Shown: one piece after another, positions 61,030-64,000 of the stretch
Numbering within the stretch: the first letter of the stretch is position 1
Layout: every line of letters starts with the position of its first letter
DNA from: an uncultured Prevotellaceae bacterium
GTDB taxonomy: Bacteria > Bacteroidota > Bacteroidia > Bacteroidales > Bacteroidaceae
Assembly (NCBI GenBank): GCA_946402905.1
Contig: CAMIYC010000005.1
Span: 46,042 to 110,041, forward strand
Direction of reading: 5' to 3'
Length of the DNA stretch: 64,000 nt
Program-made: the position numbers and the translations under genes
The notes under the pieces: generated by a model
What the model saw: the letters and a program-made list of their open reading frames with translations, nothing else
Told to the model about the DNA's origin: nothing
Database searches by the model: none

Positions 61030-62469
61030 ATGAAAGACTTGAAAATGTACATCAACGGAAAGTTCGTTGAAAGCAAATCAGGAAAATGGATCGATGTGTT
61101 GAACCCGTCTACAGAGGAGGTGATCAGCCGCCAGCCGGAAGGCACCGTGGAGGAGGTGGACGAAGCCCTCGATGCCGCAAAAGCCGCACAGAAGGCATGG
61201 GCCAAGACTCCTGCCATCGAGCGTGCAGCCTATCTGAAGAAAATGGCCGACGGCATCCGCAAGCGCCAGGATGAGTTTGTAGAGATCATCATGCGTGAGC
61301 AGGGCAAGACCCGCACCTGGGCTACTGTGGAAGTGGGTGTGACCGCCGACTACTTTGACTATATGGCCTCTTTCGCCCGCCATATCGAGGGCGAGGTGAT
61401 ACCCAGCGACCGCCGTGGCGAGACCATCATGCTCTTCAAGGAGCCTATCGGCGTCGTGGCTGGTATCCTGCCGTGGAACTTCCCCTTCTTCCTCATCGCA
61501 CGTAAGGCCGGTGCGGCACTCATCACCGGTTGTACGATCGTGATCAAACCGTCGCAGCTCACCCCGGAGAACTGCTGTGAATTTGCCAAGGTGGTCGACG
61601 AGACCGGTCTGCCCGCAGGCGTGTTCAATGTCATTACTGGTAAGGGCTCTGTCGTGGGCAATGCCCTGGCAGCCAGTGAGAAGATCGGTATTGTGAGCGT
61701 GACTGGCAGCGTGGGCGCAGGCACCAGCATCATGAAAGCCGCTGCCGACAACATCACCAAGGTGTCGCTCGAATTGGGTGGAAAGGCCCCTGCGATCGTA
61801 TGCAAGGATGCCGACCTGGAGGCAGCTGCACAGTGGATCGTCGACTCTCGTATCGGCAACAACGGCCAGATCTGCAATAACGCCGAGCGTGTGTATGTGC
61901 AGAAGGAGGTGAAGAAAGAGTTCACCGACATCCTGGTGCACAAGATGGAGGCCGTGAAGGTGGGTGACCCCTGCAAGGACGACAACGTCGACATGGGTCC
62001 GCTCGTGGAGAAACGCGCCCTGGAGAGTGTGGAGGCCAAGGTGGCCAAGGCCATCAAGCAAGGCGCCAAGCTGCTCTGCGGTGGCAAGAGAGTGGGCGAG
62101 AAGGGATACTTCTATGCCGCCACGGTGCTCGACGACTGCAAGCAAGACTTCGACATCATCCATGAGGAGACCTTCGGCCCTGTGCTGCCGCTCGTGGAGT
62201 TTGACGATATCGACCAGGCTATCAGCTGGGCCAATGACGTGGAGTACGGACTGGCTTCTTCTGTCTTCACCAAGGACATTGACACGGCTGCCAAGGTGTG
62301 CCGCGAACTGGAGTTCGGCGAGGTGTATATCAACCGTGAGCACTTCGAGGCCATGCAGGGCTTCCATGCCGGCATGAAGAAGAGTGGCATCGGCGGCGCT
62401 GACGGCAAGCACGGCGTGGAGGAATATCTCGTGACCAAGGTGGTCTATATGGACACTCACTACGAGTAG
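61030..62469 (+). CDS. NAD-dependent aldehyde dehydrogenase (lactaldehyde dehydrogenase AldA-like)
   Basis: ELGGKAP and the catalytic GQICNNAERVYV. 479 aa with full-length ALDH architecture. Confidence 0.85.
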   Translation: MKDLKMYINGKFVESKSGKWIDVLNPSTEEVISRQPEGTVEEVDEALDAAKAAQKAWAKTPAIERAAYLKKMADGIRKRQDEFVEIIMREQGKTRTWATVEVGVTADYFDYMASFARHIEGEVIPSDRRGETIMLFKEPIGVVAGILPWNFPFFLIARKAGAALITGCTIVIKPSQLTPENCCEFAKVVDETGLPAGVFNVITGKGSVVGNALAASEKIGIVSVTGSVGAGTSIMKAAADNITKVSLELGGKAPAIVCKDADLEAAAQWIVDSRIGNNGQICNNAERVYVQKEVKKEFTDILVHKMEAVKVGDPCKDDNVDMGPLVEKRALESVEAKVAKAIKQGAKLLCGGKRVGEKGYFYAATVLDDCKQDFDIIHEETFGPVLPLVEFDDIDQAISWANDVEYGLASSVFTKDIDTAAKVCRELEFGEVYINREHFEAMQGFHAGMKKSGIGGADGKHGVEEYLVTKVVYMDTHYE

Positions 62470-62491
62470 ACCGACATACCTGTCATATCAT

Positions 62492-62532
62492 AATGGCCGC
62501 CGGCACTCCCCAGGGGAGTCGCCGGCGGCCAT
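62492..62532. terminator. Bidirectional GC hairpin between convergent genes
   Basis: aatggccgccggcactcccc / ggggagtcgccggcggccatt (about 20-bp stem, one mismatch), then cgttttcc. Confidence 0.65.
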
Positions 62533-62557
62533 TCGTTTTCCTCGCACCGCGTTGTCG

Positions 62558-64000
62558 TTATCTGCGGAGATGCTTTCTGCCTTTGGTCACCACAATGCCG
62601 TGATGGCCGTTGGTGCGTGCGCCACCTATGTTGTAGGTGGCCTGTGGAGCGGCTGCTTGCTGCTGAAGGGGCTTGGCGATGCCTGTGGCCTGGCTCACGT
62701 AGTCGTCGACATTGCTGACGAAGTTGATGTCGTAGATGTCGCTTTGGCCGGTTGTGGAGGTGAGGCCGAAGATGGTCTGCCCCATGCAGACGCTGGGACG
62801 CTCGCCAGAGAAATTCTCATAAATGCCGCTGCGGGTCATGTCCCAGGCAATCACTTTCTGGTCGTCCTCGTCAGACGGGATGCTCACCGTCTTGGTGGGG
62901 GCCACTTGCGTGCCATGGTTGGAACCGTTGAGCCACCAGAGGTAAGAGGCGCCGCCGGCTGTGCTCAGCCGGGTGCCGCGCACTACAAGGTAGGTCTGGT
63001 CGCTGCCGATGGTGTAGTCGAGGTCTTCGTATTTCATCATCAGGGCCACGTTGTTGTTGCCGGAGGCTTGCACGTGGATGATGTTGCGGTCGGTGTCGTA
63101 GGTGATGGCAGAAGCCGACACACGTGCAGGGTCGCCAGTGGTCCAGTCGGTGGCGACGAAGCGGTAGGCGTGGTCGTCGTAGTCCTTGAGCAGGCGCACG
63201 TAATAGATGCCGGGACAGAGCGTGGTGGCAGAGGCGGTGAGGCGAACGACAAAGCGCGTCTTCACGTGTCCGGAGGCATCGGTGATGAGGTGGGCGGGGA
63301 TGGCGTATTCCACATTGTAGAAACCGTTGGGGTCACTGCCTTTGGCGGAGTTGGGAATGGTGATGTCGGCCACTTTCTCGCCGTCGATGGTGAGGGTAGC
63401 TTTACGGCCACGGTCGGCGAGGTTGAAGCGGAACATCACACTCAGCCTTTCGGCCACTTGCTGCTCGTTGAAAAGGGTATATTGTATATGGCCGTTGGCC
63501 CTGGCGTCGCGGTAGTGTTCCGTGTTGTACTCGCCAGTGCTCGAGTCGCTGGAGTAGTTGTACTCATGGCCGGCCTCGCTCTGCTGCTCGCCCGGGGCCA
63601 CGAAGTCGAGCGTGCGGGCTGCAAGGGCCTCATTGGCGGCCTCGGTCTGTGCCATGGTGCTGTTCTTGTAGTTCTCTTCTGTCTGCTGATACCAGTAGCA
63701 CATGTAGCGAGCATGGTGGATCTGGTAGAAAGGCTGGAGGTCCAGCTTCCGCCAGGTATACGACTCGACACCAGCTCTGCTGGCATCGATGGTGAAGCGC
63801 AGCTGGTCGGGGTGGGTCATGGTGATGCGGCTGAGCACGTCGGAACGGTCGCCGATGAGCAGCGGCGCGGAGATGAGACTTTTCGAGGTGCCCTTGCTGC
63901 CCGGAGCGTGGTCCATGCGTCCGGCACCGGCATATTCGTTCTGTAGCTTTTCATATGGCAGCTGGCCGGCAGCGGCTTCTGACTCGGTGGCTGCGGTGGT
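62558..64000 (-). CDS. 3' part of a GH127/GH146-like (DUF1680/DUF4986-type) glycosidase with a degenerate T9SS-like tail; the 5' end lies outside the window
   Basis: The frame stays open to position 64000 (..TTAATESEAAAGQLPYEKLQNEYAGAGRMDH..). KLDLQPFYQIHHARYMCYW is the DUF4986-type motif. The C-terminus is ..ATYNIGGARTNGHHGIVVTKGRK. Confidence 0.5.
   Translation of the reverse strand, partial: TTAATESEAAAGQLPYEKLQNEYAGAGRMDHAPGSKGTSKSLISAPLLIGDRSDVLSRITMTHPDQLRFTIDASRAGVESYTWRKLDLQPFYQIHHARYMCYWYQQTEENYKNSTMAQTEAANEALAARTLDFVAPGEQQSEAGHEYNYSSDSSTGEYNTEHYRDARANGHIQYTLFNEQQVAERLSVMFRFNLADRGRKATLTIDGEKVADITIPNSAKGSDPNGFYNVEYAIPAHLITDASGHVKTRFVVRLTASATTLCPGIYYVRLLKDYDDHAYRFVATDWTTGDPARVSASAITYDTDRNIIHVQASGNNNVALMMKYEDLDYTIGSDQTYLVVRGTRLSTAGGASYLWWLNGSNHGTQVAPTKTVSIPSDEDDQKVIAWDMTRSGIYENFSGERPSVCMGQTIFGLTSTTGQSDIYDINFVSNVDDYVSQATGIAKPLQQQAAAPQATYNIGGARTNGHHGIVVTKGRKHLRR

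Overview
This looks like a GC-rich Bacteroidales-type chromosome segment. Evidence: TAnnTTTG -7 promoter boxes, tight or overlapping gene junctions, and several Por/T9SS-type C-terminal sorting tails. I call about 40 protein genes and one tRNA-His.

Housekeeping blocks:
- greA.
- A conserved minus-strand string: secG, TPR-like, lptE-like, sigma-54 activator, LPG-synthase-like, pdxA, DUF4837, rlmN.
- aguA/aguB.
- NIF3, a zinc-ribbon protein and an aldA-like dehydrogenase.

Glycan-degradation genes: a DUF4450-like hydrolase, a DUF1573-GH3-PA14 fusion, a GH5 with a T9SS tail, and a partial GH127-like gene.

Most unusual content:
1. A repeat-riddled, visibly more AT-rich accessory stretch (about 13.3-24.6 kb) ending at tRNA-His. 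It holds an orphan ORF, a truncated T9SS-tail fragment, a 1647-aa domain-less T9SS protein and a mosaic of three repeat modules. Two divergent IS110-family elements sit head-to-tail inside one repeat copy, and an uninterrupted paralog of that repeat lies at about 10.5 kb.
2. An orphan trio of two ATP-grasp amidoligases plus a QueC-like PP-loop enzyme.
3. A 1244-aa GT2-DUF4922-SpoIID fusion followed by two AmpG-like permeases.
4. A 3579-aa GLUG/LamG T9SS protein coupled to a lipoprotein and a secreted nuclease.
5. A 26-bp perfect inverted repeat bracketing 134 bp between aguA and aguB.
6. Intergenic tandem tracts that are C-rich on the + strand, some ending in a short hairpin that covaries between copies.

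No CRISPR array, rRNA or recognisable defence operon was seen. All family assignments are by-eye motif recognition and need HMM or BLAST confirmation.
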